64,000 nt of DNA from the human T2T-CHM13v2.0 reference genome, Homo sapiens, in assembly GCF_009914755.1 (NCBI RefSeq), contig NC_060926.1. The stretch is one strand, 5' to 3'. The notes beneath the pieces are model-generated. The model made no database searches, was not told where the DNA came from, and saw only the letters and a list, made by a program, of their open reading frames with translations. Both the position numbers and the translations under genes were made by a program. Every line of letters begins with the position of its first letter. Within the stretch, counting starts at the first letter, position 1. Below, in pieces: positions 14,441-28,390 of this stretch.

Positions 14441-14949
14441 TGCCTTTATCAACTTCTTTAAAGATGCTTATTTAATCTCTATTAATCCCCCCAAAATGCA
14501 ATGCATTGGTACCTTGGAGACATTTATTTAGAAATTAGGTATAGACCGACAAATCAGGTTACCCTAACCAGAGTCAAGGCAGAGTGAAGCAAGGTTCTCA
14601 GCCCCTCACAGCCTTCCTGCCAAAGCCAGACCCCAAAAAGCTGTCTGCCTTGCTAAAGTACATTGCTAACTAGGACAGCTGTGGTGGAGAATGAGGGCAG
14701 AACTGATCTCAATTACTAAAGTGTAACATCGTAATTAGATTTTTATATATTTCTAGTTGTTTATGTGCTTGTAATCATTTACCCAAGTAACTTTTTACAT
14801 ATACTATTCTATGCCCTTGCTTTTTTTTTTTTTACCTAATATTATCACTGAGGATATTAGTTCACTTAATAATATAACCGGTGATAGGTATTTCTAATCT
14901 GCACTGTGTACTGTATTTTTATCACATACATTTCAACAACTGTGAATAT

Positions 14950-15263
14950 CAGCTCTTGTTCCATTGTCCCAAATCCTTGGGGTTAGATGTAATACAGTAT
15001 TCACAATTTTCCAAATTTTAGAAAGATGATGATAAAATTCCTAGAAAGATACGGGGATACACTTCTTATTTAACTGCTACTGCTATTTCTGCAATGTAAC
15101 AAATGAATATTTACATTGGCTGGGATGAATAAAGACTTTACAAAGCCTCATGTCAACACAGAGCAGCTTTCAGCATCAAATAAGTCTGCTGCAAGTCATT
15201 TTAAAACTTCAATGTTTCAGAGCATTTGAATTTTTGAAGTGCCTACATGGTGTTGTAGATCTG
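14950..15263. mobile_element. MER46C-like Tigger DNA transposon
   Basis: ccttggggttagatgt...gaatatttacattggctgggatgaataaagact...ttcagagcatttgaattttt...tagatctg|ta. Confidence 0.65.
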
Positions 15264-15551
15264 TATCACACTACATGGAATCACATGATTTATTATCTAT
15301 TCCCCAATAGATGGACATGGGTTGTTTTACGGTTTTGTTATTAAAAATAGCACTACAATGAACATTCTTGGAAATGAATCTTTGGAAAATATGACTGTAT
15401 CCCTAGAGTGACTACTCAGAAGCATAATTACTGGGTCAATTGTATGTGACTTTATATTTGAATAAATATTGCCACATTTCCCTCCAAAGAAGTTGCACCA
15501 ATTTCTTCCTCTCACAAGCATTCTAGGAAAGGGCCTCCTTCCCTGTACTCC

Positions 15552-15955
15552 TGCATTCATTGCTAGGGCTTCCATAACAAAATACCATAAACCGTTGGTT
15601 AAACTGAAATTTATTTTATTACAACTTGAGAATCTGGAAGTACAAAGTCAGGGTGTCAGCAGGGATGGTTCCTTCTGAGGCTGTGAGGAAGAATCTGCTC
15701 CCGGCCTCTCTCCCCACTTCAACAGCTTCAGGCATTTCTTGGCTTGTAGAGCCCTGTCCTCTCCATGTCATCACTTGTCTTTCTTCTGTATGTGTCTGTT
15801 TCTGTGTCAAAATGACCTCTTTTTATAAGGATGCAGTTGTATTAGGGCCCACTCTAATGACCTCATCTTAACTTGCTCTGCAGGGTTCCTATTTCCAAAT
15901 ATGGTCATAGTGACAGATACTTGAAGGGACAGGAGACTCAATTCAACCCATAACA
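15552..15955 (-). mobile_element. MLT1B/C MaLR solo LTR
   Basis: ctagggcttccataacaaaatacc...ttccttctgaggctgtgaggaagaatctg...caattcaacccataaca. Confidence 0.85.
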
Positions 15956-16235
15956 TTTTCCAACAGTGACTGTTATTCAGTTTTTCCAATGTGATAGGTA
16001 GAAAATGGTAACTCTCAATTTCCATTTGTATTTATTTAATTCAGTTGGATTTGAGGATTCTGTCTTAATTTTATTAACTTTTTATTTTGAAATGAATACA
16101 AACTCACAGGAAATTGGAAAAATGCACACATTGAGTCCCATAAACCTTTCAGCCAGCATCCTCCAAAAATGACATTGTATGTGACTACAATATAATATCA
16201 AAACCAGGAACCTGACATTGCTGTAATGCTGTTAA

Positions 16236-16851
<616 letters not shown>

Positions 16852-18129
16852 TAATGAATGCCCTTATATGGCTGTTGCATGTATGAGTCATTTATTCCCT
16901 TATATTGCTGATTAATATTTCATTTAATTATTTTTGATAGCATTATCTTTATATTTATATACATATACTTGTAAATTGCTTGTGCATGTCTTTGCCAGTT
17001 AAAAAAAAAAGTTATTATCTTTTGTTACTGCTCTTGGTTGCTTTATTTTTTTCATTTAGAACTTTATTATATGAAATTTATCACTCATTAATTTTTTAGT
17101 TTCTTGGTTTTCTGATACAGAAAGGACTGTCATCCAAAACTTAAAATTTGAACATTTGAATCTCTCTAGAACTGTTTTGTGTCTGTTTAAAGAGTGAGGT
17201 AGGGATTGGCTACTCCTTGGGTCTTCAATATGTATTTCTTGGGGCATATGCTGTGCAAACTTTTGGTCCAATATGAATATACACATGGATGCTTGCACAG
17301 GCAGTGCACCTGCTTGGCAGGAATGTGGGTTGTGAGTTTTGCTTAATTATGACATCAAACTCATTCAGCTGCTAAATATCATCTTCTGATTTCTGGGAAA
17401 ATTGTCCAGGATTTCCAATCTAGGTGAAAGACGGGAGTTCAGGCAGGTGTAGCTAGACCTTGGGAAAGTGTATAAAATGTTAACATGCAAAATACAAGGT
17501 GTAGGATTGCAAGATGATGCAAATGTATGAGTTTCTAGCTAGATTGCCAAGGTCAATACACCTAAATCTAGAATAGAATTTTTTTAGCAGAAATTTCTAA
17601 CCCTGTGACTAGTGATGTGGGTAGGGTAAAGTACAGGGTGTGAGGTCAATGGAGCTTCCACAGTGGTGTGTAGGCAGGCTCCCAGGGGTTAGGGCTATAA
17701 TTCCACCTGCAGACACAGTGACTGGTCTGTCATGGTACTTATGCAGGGCATGGCTTGAAGCACCTTCAACACTAGGAATGTCCCAGTAATAGTCAGTAGA
17801 TTAGGCTCCAATCCTCATTTGGCATTGGTAGCAAGTGTTTGGTGATTTTCCTCTATCCTGTTTTTCTGTTAGCCACATCATCTTTTCATGCTCAAGATAT
17901 ATTCTTATAGGGAAGTTGCCAGCACACATAAACACCAATAACAGGGAGAGAAACCATGAAGGGGCGTTGCAAAAGCCACATACCATACAAGGAATGGCTG
18001 ATTTCCTCCCACAGATAATCCTTGAAGATCCTGAAAGACTCACGGGCCTCACAGTTGGAAAGACATCCAGGTTCTATCTATGTGAATCCTCACCTAATGT
18101 GTGCATTTCCTCCTTAGCATCTGTATCAG

Positions 18130-18365
18130 TGTAGCCTGACAGAATCAACATGGCTTTGAAGTCCAGTTGTCCTGGCTGCTCATCTCCGCTCCACAATTCA
18201 CTATTATATGACCTTGACTAAATTATTTAAATTTCTTCTGTCATAAAATGGGGAGAATAAAAGTATATGCTTCAAAATTTTCTTAAGCAGATTTGATTAG
18301 ATAACTTAGGGAACGTGCTTAGCATAGTGGCAGGCACATGGTACTAAATGTCAGCTGTCATCACT
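18130..18365 (+). mobile_element. MIR
   Basis: tgaccttgactaaattatttaa...taaaatggggagaataa...gtgcttagcatagtggcaggcacatggta. Confidence 0.75.
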
Positions 18366-18448
18366 GTTACCTCCAGTGTGGGACAGTTTTTTTCTCCTGA
18401 GGTCACCCTAATAACTTAGAGGCAAACTGCAGTCCAGGTTTACAAATT

Positions 18449-18468
18449 CACCGCCATCTGCTGTTGCA
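18449..18468 (-). promoter_or_regulatory. Candidate CTCF site
   Basis: Minus strand reads tgcaaCAGCAGATGGCGgtg, close to the CCASYAGRKGGC core; motif evidence only. Confidence 0.4.
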
Positions 18469-18819
18469 TCCACAGTGCTGTATTAATCTCCTGAAGGGTC
18501 CATTTACCTTGTTTCTTTCTTTACAGTATTAACTGAACCCACTATTTCAGAAACATGTATTACTTACAGCCTGCTCCAGGCAAAACTAGCAGGTAAAATG
18601 GGCAATCTGAAAAGCTCTTTCCTAATACACTATTAGGGGGTGATAATGGCTTAAAGCTTCTGCCTTCCTGCTTTACAAAGTGCCCTCTATTCCTTCTCCT
18701 AAAGGAGTGACTAACAAGGGAATTCCTGTCCAAGAGAGGCTGTATGGGAAGAAGGGGTTTTTCTCTCCATTCCCATCACATCACACAGGCATCTGCATTG
18801 CTATAAAGGACATCTGCTG

Positions 18820-19321
18820 TGTTTGCCTACCTAGCTTTCCGTTTCAATTTTAAGCGACTAGAACTCATCTTTTCCCTTTAGGAACAATTCCTTCCTAGAC
18901 TGGTGGGACCATGAAGCTCAGGCACCTCTCCTAGCCAACCAGAATTTCCCTCAACTGAGAACCAGGCCAGTGGAGGTGCAGGACCCAAGAGGAATCCTTC
19001 CTCATGTATCCATATGAACTCAGAAATGGGGAAGGTGTCTCAAGCTGGTCATGAACCCAAAGATCAGGTATGCCTGAGGATCATCTTTGCCATCACCTGT
19101 AGAGCAAGGCAGAGATGGGAGATGGAGTGAGTGAGAAACGTATTTTTTATGACATCTTTTAAGCAATCTAGAGACAGCCATGTCTTAAGGGAGTCATGGG
19201 CTATTCCGTTGCCCAACCCGGTAACATCTTGCCTCACCCACCTACCTGTCTTATTTTTCTCCTTTAACTGGCTTTAAGGGGATTGTTGTTATAAGCAACT
19301 GAAAGTGTTCTAATGAATACA
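18820..19321 (+). mobile_element. Old MLT1 (J/K-like) LTR
   Basis: 3' end ttgttataagcaactgaaagtgttctaatgaataca is typical of old MLT1; left boundary approximate. Confidence 0.55.
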
Positions 19322-19644
19322 GATGGATACAAGTGGATCTCTATTATAGAAGTGACAAGTTATAAAAATCTATTACCACTGTTGAACAGAGAACTCACAA
19401 CATAAGCTATATTCTTTATAAGTCAGTAGCATAAGAAAGTAAAACAGACCTTATCATGTCTATCTACTGTGCACAAACCCTTTGATAGTTCCATTTGCTT
19501 TCTTTTAAAAGCCTACAACCCTCTGTAAATCAGACTATGGCTTCAATTCCTACATTAGTTATTCCCCAAATGTCCACTCAGTTTTATGTAGTTCCACCTT
19601 CCTGATGTTCCATGTGTCTGTAATGTCACTTCCTGATTTTTATT

Positions 19645-20330
19645 TAAAATTTAAGAGCTTGGGTTCTGGTATCCCAGAGCCTAAATTTTACAACTTACCT
19701 GTTCATTGCCATAGAGCAAGTGGTCCAAACTATCTAATCTTTAATTTTTTTAATAAAATAATTTGGAAAATTATAGTAACTGCCACATAGTATTGTTGTA
19801 AGATTTAAATGAAATAATAAATTAAAATTTTTGGCCCATAGTAAGTTCTCAATGATCACTAGCTATTGCTGTAGTTACGACTGTATCTCTTCAGTATGAA
19901 ACACATAGCCTTCATGTGATAGTATCTGTATTAATAATTATTGAATTAATAAAAAATGTCCTTAGTGTTAGAAAAATTCTTCAACGTATATTCTTCTCCA
20001 CTGCATGGAAAATTACTTCTTGTACAGAGATATAACAATAATGGTTCAGAGAGTGAGCGGACTGTGGAGTCAGACAAAGATTTCAAGGTTGGCTCTGCCA
20101 TTTTTTACCTCTGGGAACTGGGCAAATAATTTGCCCACTGGGAGCCCCAGTTTCCTCACCTATGCTTGTGAATAATGAGGATACATACTCTTAATGTTCC
20201 TGAGAAGATTAAATAAGACAATTTAACAAGTTAGTTATTTGAGACAATAACCTCTCCCTCCCTCTCTTCAGTGTGTGATGTCTAGCACACTGCTTGGTAT
20301 AGTAATCACTGGGTAAATAGGTAGTATTAA
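19645..20330 (+). mobile_element. Two MIR copies plus a short L2-like tail
   Basis: tgttgtaagatttaaatgaaataat; ctgggcaaataatttgcccactgggagccccagtttcctcacctat. Confidence 0.65.
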
Positions 20331-21435
20331 TATTCTTTTAAAAATTGTCTTCTGATTGTTTTTTGGCCCACAAAGAGCAAGAAAAAGACAAAAATAAAAT
20401 CACTAAGACAAGTTCAACTTGTCGATGAGTATCAGTATGTTTCTAATGCCAAAACAGTTTTTCTTGGTTTACATGGAATAGAAAAATAGAGTAGCAGAAT
20501 TGCTACCAACAGTCATTGAAAAGATCAACTATTTTCCATGGCTGCTTAAAGTCACTGCTATCCACTTTTCACTGGAGGGCTTTCCAAAAAATTGTTCCCT
20601 GACATCGACATCTCTACTTTGCTTCTTTGCAGCTATACAAATCACATCAAAGCTTAAGTTACTTTAAATCTTGATGACAACCCCCCACCCCTCCTCAGGT
20701 GCTTCATCTGTGCTTAGTTATGCGGAGAATCACCTAGGCTCAGTATTTCTGTTGCATCAATAGCACAACAAGGTCAAGATGAATTAAGCCATCCATTCAA
20801 GCACACAGCCAGAGTAACATAAATTCCTCTGTTAAGAAAGGACAAATGTTCGATGTTGCTGATAGTCAATTAGGCATGCAGTTCCTGTGAAAAACTCATT
20901 ACAGGTATTAGGGCTGGGAAATGATAGGGAAGAATGGTTCACACCATCTTTAAAAGGCCCAGGCCACGTACTTAATTTTTGAAGGAGTTCCTGCTGAACA
21001 ACTAAGATGACTGTACCTGGGAAAATTCGCCTATTCTCTAACAACTTTCTTTCATTTATAGGATACTATACTTTTTATGTTTCAAATCTGAAGTGCATTA
21101 AAAGTGGATAAACTCCGGAAGCAAGCAGTCCATGAGACCCCATGAGATCTAGTGCTTAGCACAGTTTTCGGCTGGGTGAATAGTTCTGGGGATGATGATG
21201 TCGATGCGGGCGTTCATTGGTTTCTTCTAAGAAGCCCAGATACTACAGACAAATCTGATGAGTGCAATTCTATTTCCATAAATGTCTGACCCAATGCAGC
21301 CAAATTAAGCAACATGGATAATTTGGAGATGTATTAAATGATAATACAATATTGGAAAATTAAAATCAAATCATTTCAAATTTTTGAAATTTCAGATTTG
21401 TGGAAGTTTATAAAGTTGTAATAAATGACAAAGAT

Positions 21436-21665
21436 TTAATGTAGTAATTAAGAACATGAGTTCTTTAGTCATATTGCTTGGGTTTGAAATTCTGCTTTAC
21501 CACTTTCTAGCTGTGTGAATTATTTATCCTCCCATGCCTCAGTTTCCTATTTTCTAAAATGAGATAGTATCTCTTTATAACAATATTGTGAATATTAACT
21601 ATATATGTAAGGTATCTAGTAGCTGACACTTAGTAAGTGTTCAATAAATGTTAGCCTTTGTTATT
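21436..21665 (+). mobile_element. MIR
   Basis: tgggtttgaaattctgctttaccactttctagctgtgtga...gcctcagtttcctattttctaaaatgag...tagtaagtgttcaataaatgttagc. Confidence 0.8.
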
Positions 21666-23700
21666 TTGAATTAAGAATTTAATGCATAATGCCTGATTAC
21701 TACGGAAAACTCGGTTATTCTGCATTCTTGAGGTGAGATGAAGTGCTATTACACACTGCCCATGTGATGCCATTAAAATGTGATTAAAGATGCCGCAGAT
21801 TGGCCTACGTGATCCTACGACAATAGATTTTCAGAGGATTATCAAATATAAATGAATATTTTATGCTCTCTATTTATGACATCATTACCCATGTTAATCA
21901 AGAAAAGCCTTTATGCCCCTCCTGGTTTCCCATTAGCCAATAAATCTTCAACCTCTGTGGAAGTGATTAGAACAAAGAGAACTGTGGGCAATGTGTTTTA
22001 TTCCTTCCATAGACACTGAAAAACATTGAATGGGAGCATTTTAGAAGGAATCGGTGCATTCACTATTGTTTGCACTCCTTGTGAATGGCTTGTAAAAGCT
22101 TTTCTTGGTGCTCACCTAGTTTGTATGTCTTCCCATTGTCATTCTCCTTGTCTGGCCTGTCTGCATTAACATAAAATGATGGATCTCTCTTAACTCTAAG
22201 CTAAACTTCAAAGCTCATTACTATGTATGGGGTCTGATTTCACTCCAATTTAGCATTAGTAGTCTGACTTGTAGACTTTCTAAATGAATAACAACATTTT
22301 AAATGGCCATTTGTTTGCTATGTGCTAGTCCTTCCATTTTCATGTATCTGCCAACTTCCCTTACCAGCTGGTAACAAAGGACTAGCTCCCACATTTGCAT
22401 CATGAAAGAAGTCTGTAATAGCCTGTCTCTGCCCTCTCCAAGTTAGCAGCAACACACCTATAGAAGCCAATGTTAAGGATATTCTACTACCCTCTGATCC
22501 CGTGTTTAGGCTACTGGAGAGCAGGAGATAATAGGGTCATGAGTGACCTTGGAAATGATCTAATATAGTGAGATCCTTGTCAACGTTTTCTTTCACTTTT
22601 AAGAAAACAGCCCTGCTGTCTATTTGGAAAATACAGGAGATGAGGTGTGGCTTAATCGTTGAATAAAAACCAGTCAATGTCAATGTACAATTTCTGTTCT
22701 CAGGAGATCTCTTTAGAGCCAGCAAGGGATTTGGAGAAAGGACGGCAGAGAGAGGATTTCATGCAGTGCAGCTTTCAGCATCACTCTTTATTTTTGTCAC
22801 TCTGGGTGGAAGAGCTTCCAGATTCAATGCCTGCCATCAGTCTTCTTTTTGAAATGAAATTTCACATAGAAGGAGAAAAACATTTTTTTAAATCAAAAGT
22901 AAGGAGATAAAAGCAACCAAATGCTATTAGGAGACAAACTGGTTTCCAAAAAAAAGTCGGTTTGCAGGTTTGAAGCTGGGAACTGTCATTGCAATGGATG
23001 GGGTGTGTGAACAGAATGTCTTTGCCACATATTTTAATTGAACATTTTTGAAACAGAAACAAATGTCAAAAAACAAAAACAAAAGTAAAAGCAAAAAAGA
23101 AGTATCTTATAACTCTGTGGCAAAGTATTCTAGTTCTGAGGTTGTTAAAACAGCTTCCTGGAGTTACCCTTCTCTCAAATCTTTTCTTCCCATCAAATGA
23201 GAAACAAAACAAAACAAAAATAAGAGAACTGGATAAAGAACTCCCAGGGTCTTGAGGCAAACACCTAAGTCTTCAATCCTTTCAATCCGCTTTCCCAGCT
23301 CTTCAGTTACTGAGTCCCCCTCTTCAGTCAGCTGCATTATTCATTTCTTCTTTTATACTCCATATACAAGGGTCTTTATTCTTGTTTCCTTCTATCATTA
23401 CGATAAAAAAAACTTTGTTATTATTCTCTTAACAACAAAACATCTGCTTTCAGGGTAGCCAAAGACAAAAATGATGAGTTCTACCTTCTGCATTTTGTTA
23501 TGTGATGAAACACAGAATTCCTCTAAGTCTATAAATTGCATTTCAAGCGACAGAAGAGTTTCACAGAGAGATAGAAAAGGTGCTGAGCAGTTTGCAGAGG
23601 GGTCCCAGTTGTCTCTATGCTGCAGCTGTCTCTGTGTTTACCTACAGTGCCACTCTGGGGACCTGCCTTTAACAGTCTGTCTTAGGATCCTGTGTAGGGG

Positions 23701-24653
23701 TGTGGCAGGTCAGGTCTCACTAATGCAGGGCTTCATAACAACTGTTTCAGTACTGACTGGGTGATTAAGTTAAATATTAAAAGCTAAAAGAGCCAGTGAC
23801 TTTATACAAAGGCTATAATGTAACAAAAGCCCACCAAGAGTTTTGCGAAGGCCTTTCCTGGGCCTTAAAGCATGACAAATAACAAAGGAATACTTAACAG
23901 GACCCATTTAGGATTAAACAAGTTTTGGCTGGGCATGGTGGCTCAAGCCTGTAATCCAGCACTTTGGGAGGCCAAGGCGGGTAGATCACGAGGTCAGGAG
24001 ATCGAGACCATCCTGGCTAACACGGTGAAATCTTGTCTCTATTAAAAATACAAAAAATTAGCCAGGCATGGTGGCACATGCCTGTAGTCCCAGCTACTCA
24101 GGAGGCTGAGGCAGGAGAATCACTTGAACCTGGGAGGCAGATGTTTCAGTGAGCCGAGATTGCAACACTGCACTCCAACCTGGGCGACAGAGACTCTGTC
24201 TCAAAAAAGAAAAAAAAAAGTTTTGGGGGTCTGAAGAAACTCCCCAGGCCTCCAAAAACAAGTTTATTAGGGGTCTAAAGGAACTCCCCAAACCTCCATG
24301 ATTTAGCAGGAGAAAAGATAAGGGTAATCACGCTCGCACCTGGACCCACTTAGATTAAGTAAATTTACTGAGACTCCAGAAGAAGGTCTTCAGGGCTCAG
24401 ACCTTAGTTATAGATTAAAAGACATTAATCACTTATGTCTTTATAGATGAATGCACACTTACATATAGACATATAGCTTAGAAGACATATAAGGTCTGGA
24501 AAACTTTGTAATTTTGAGTTGATCTGGTGATAATTTCCAGGTCTTCTCCCTGTAACTGGTTGTAGAAATAAACTCTCTTCCTCCCCAGTTCATCTGTATC
24601 TCATTATTGGGCCACAAGAAATAGCAGCTTGACCCTCAGTTTGGTCCAGGAAA
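23701..24653 (+). mobile_element. PABL_A-like ERV1 solo LTR (~650 bp net) with a nested Alu
   Basis: tgtggcaggtcaggtctcactaatgcagg start; gaccctcagtttggtccaggaaa end; gggg TSD; AATAAA near 24567. Confidence 0.75.
23927..24219 (+). mobile_element. Alu (Sc8/Y-like) inserted in the PABL LTR
   Basis: Full dimer with A-tail; TSD aaa(c/a)aagtttt. Confidence 0.95.
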
Positions 24654-25789
24654 GGGGGGAACTCTTCACATGATCTTTGCATGACAAGGAAACTCAGAAA
24701 AAACGAATGAGAGATAGGCTTTATCACAGGCATTTGTAATATTATTAATCTTCAGTGTCAGTGACAGATTAAGGACCTGCTGCAGTGTGATAGGATTCTG
24801 AGCACAGTAAATGCTTTCAGATTAGATGAGGCATCCTTAACTAGAAGGCTATGAAGAATGGAGAAGAGAGACCACGTTCTTGGTACCATGAAGTACTCTC
24901 AAAGAAACATCTAAACATCTCAACCTGTCGGGACATAACCCAGCCAGTTTACAAATGAAACTGAAGAGAAATGAAATGAAAGGAGAGGAAAAAACAAAAC
25001 CACCAGATCTGCAGATTGCCAGGGGGCTGTCTCGGGTTTACTGCTCTGAGATCACATTCTCCTACCCTGAGCAAGAGCAACAGACATTGTCCTGGAAGCC
25101 TGGCAGAGGATGCCTGCTATTTTAGAGATGTTTTTAGTAAAACATCTATACTTTTCCTTCCTATTCTTCTATATCTAGTTTAATTTTTCATTAAACATCT
25201 CTCAAAAATTGGATATTGTCAGTAGTCCTCGTGCACTTTGACATACTCTAAGACTTTGGGAACCTCTAGGAATTGGGAGGAAGACAAACCTGGTTTAATA
25301 AGCTAGGGTAAATCTAAGCATTTCTTACTTCTTTGTCTTCTGCAGAGATGTCATTGACTTAGTGACAATGGCTGTTCCGTGCAGAAAAGACAAAGGCTTT
25401 TAGAGGTTCTCATTTTCCTTGGCAAGACATTGCTTTGTGTAAAGAAATCAAAGCCCTCTTAATCCCAGGCTTCAGTGAGTTTCTCTAAAAACAAAAATAA
25501 ACTAATGGAATAAATGTCTAACATAGCATAAGAGAATCTGCCATTCTTTCAGCATTTTAACTCCTCTTACTGCCTTGCAAGCAGAGCTGTGTGAAAGACC
25601 TAGAAAGAGAGATCTCTGTTAGCAAAAGTGTTGGTGTTTCCTACGTAACATTCAGAGATTAGGAGATTTTAGTAAGAACTCTGGGAGCCAGAGGCAGGAA
25701 TCACAGGCAAGAAATAACTCCCTCCTCTCTCTGAGGGGGAGTGATGTGGGTCTAGTTAAGTGCTATTTACAAATTGTGAAGTGTGTAGG

Positions 25790-27680
25790 AACTCACCACC
25801 CCCAATTTCCCATATTAATATCTTGCTAATGCAAGTGCAGTGCATTTATTACAATTTTTGAGCCAATATTTATGCATAACTATCTACTAAAAGTCTGTAA
25901 TTTACATTGGGTTTCACTCTTAAGGAAGTACATTCTATGGGGTTTTAACAAAGTTTGATGCTGTGTATCCACCATTACAATTTCATACAAAGTCGTTTCA
26001 TAGCCCAAAAATTTCTCTCTGCTCTGCTGACTCATTCCCCCCCACTTTAATCCCTGGTAATCACTGATATTTTTACTATATCCTAGTTTTTCCTTTTTCA
26101 AAATGTCACATAGTTGGCATATTACAGTATGTAACCTTTTCAGATTGGCTTATTTCACTTATTAATATGTGTTTATGTTTCCTCCATGTCATTTCATAGC
26201 GTTATAAGTCTCATTTCTTTTAATATTCCACTGTATAGATGTACCACAGTTTATCTATTTTCCTACTGAAGCACAACTTGGTTACTTCCAAGTTTTGGCA
26301 TTTGTGACTAAAGATGCTATAAACATTCGTGTAGAGGTTTTGTGTGGATATACATTTTCAACTCATTTGGGTAAATGCCAAAGTGTGTGATTGCTGGCTT
26401 GTACGGTAAGAATATGTTTAGTTTTGTAAGAAACTGCCAAGCTTCTCACAATATGGCTGAACCACTTTGCATTTCAGACACTTAAATAGGTATGGTGTAG
26501 TATCTCATTGTTGTTTTAACTTGCAATTCTCTAATAGCATATGTTGTTGAGCATCTTTTCATATGCTTTTTGCCACCTGTATACTTTATTTGATGAAGTG
26601 TCTTTTCAGATTTTTTTTTTTTTGCCAATTTTTAATTGGGTTGTTTGCTTTTGTACTGTTGAGCTTTAAGAGTTCTTTGTATATTCTGAATTTGGGTTTG
26701 TTTTTATCAGAGAAGTCTTTTGCAAATATTTTCTCCTGTTCTGTGAATTGTCTTTTTATTCTCTTAAGTGCATTTTGCAGAGAAGGATTTTTAAAAAAAA
26801 AATTTAATGAGGTCCAATTTATCCATTTTCTATTTCATAGATCCTGCTTTCTCAGTGTGGTATCTTAAAAGTCATTTTCAAACTCAAGGTCATCTATATT
26901 TTCTATTATCTTCTAGCAGTTTCATAGTTTTATATTTTACATTGGTGTCTATTACCTACTTTGAGTTGATGTTTGTGAAAGGTCTGTGTTTAGATTTATA
27001 TTTTTGCTTGTGGATATCCAGTTGTTTCAGCACCCTCTGTTAGAAAGACATTGAATTGCCTTTCCTCTTTCATCCAAGATCTGTTGGTTATATTTGGTGG
27101 ACTATATGTGGGCTCTCTGTTCTGTTGTGTTGATCTATCTGTCTGTTATATTGATCTATCTGTCTGTTGTATTGATCTATCTGTCTGTTGTTTCACAAAT
27201 ACCACATTGTTTTGATTACTATAGCTTTATAGGAAGTTTTTATTTTGGTGAATTTCAGTACTCTGAGTTTGATCTTTTTTCCATCTTGTATTGGCTTTTC
27301 TGGGTCTTTCGCCTCTCCATATAAACTTTAGAATCAGTTTGTTGATATCCACAAAGTAACTTGCTGAGATTTTGATTGGGATTGCATTGAATCTATAGAG
27401 CAAGTTGGGAAAAAATGAGATCTTAACAGTATTGAATTACCCTTTCCATATATGTAGAATATTTCTATATTTATTTAGATCTTCTTTAATTTTTTTATCA
27501 GAATTTTATAGTTTTCCTCATAAAGACTTTGTACTTATTTTGTTAGCTTTATACCTAAGCATTTCATTTTTTGATTCTAATATAAATGATATTGTGTATT
27601 TAATTTCAAATTCCAGATTTTCATTGCTGATATATAAGAAAGCAACTGACTTTTGTCAATTAACCATTTACCAAGAAACA
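25790..27680 (-). mobile_element. L1MC-type LINE-1, 3' ~1.9 kb
   Basis: acagtatgtaaccttttcagattggcttatttcactta; gattttgattgggattgcattgaatctatag. Confidence 0.85.
27121..27190 (+). repeat. 21-bp unit triplicated inside the L1
   Basis: tctgttgtattgatctatctg x3 with minor variation. Confidence 0.85.
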
Positions 27681-27915
27681 GGCTTTTTATGCTGTATTTA
27701 GCACCTTACAGGCCAGTTATTTGCTGTTCTTACATCTGCCGTGCCTCATCCCTTGGCCTCACAATGAAATATGCACCGTTATCCTGAGTTGCTGCCTCCC
27801 TGTCACAGATACCAATACCTAGGTTATAAAGCTAACTTAGAGACTTTGGGCCCAAGACTGCAGTGGCGAGCCAGAAGCTTATGCTTGACAAGCCTAGTCG
27901 TGTGAGTATAGATGA

Positions 27916-28390
<475 letters not shown>

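Noticed and set aside
13880-14461. 190-aa Pro/Ser/Leu/Phe-rich ORF and an opposite-strand Arg/Gly/Glu-rich ORF
   Set aside because: Translation artefacts of the polypurine tract.
17585-17805. Possible MER20/MER5-like hAT relic
   Set aside because: Similarity is too faint to support by eye.
24211-24300. Short internal direct repeat (ggggtct.aag.aactcccca) in the PABL-like LTR
   Set aside because: As I recall, it is part of the family consensus rather than locus-specific.
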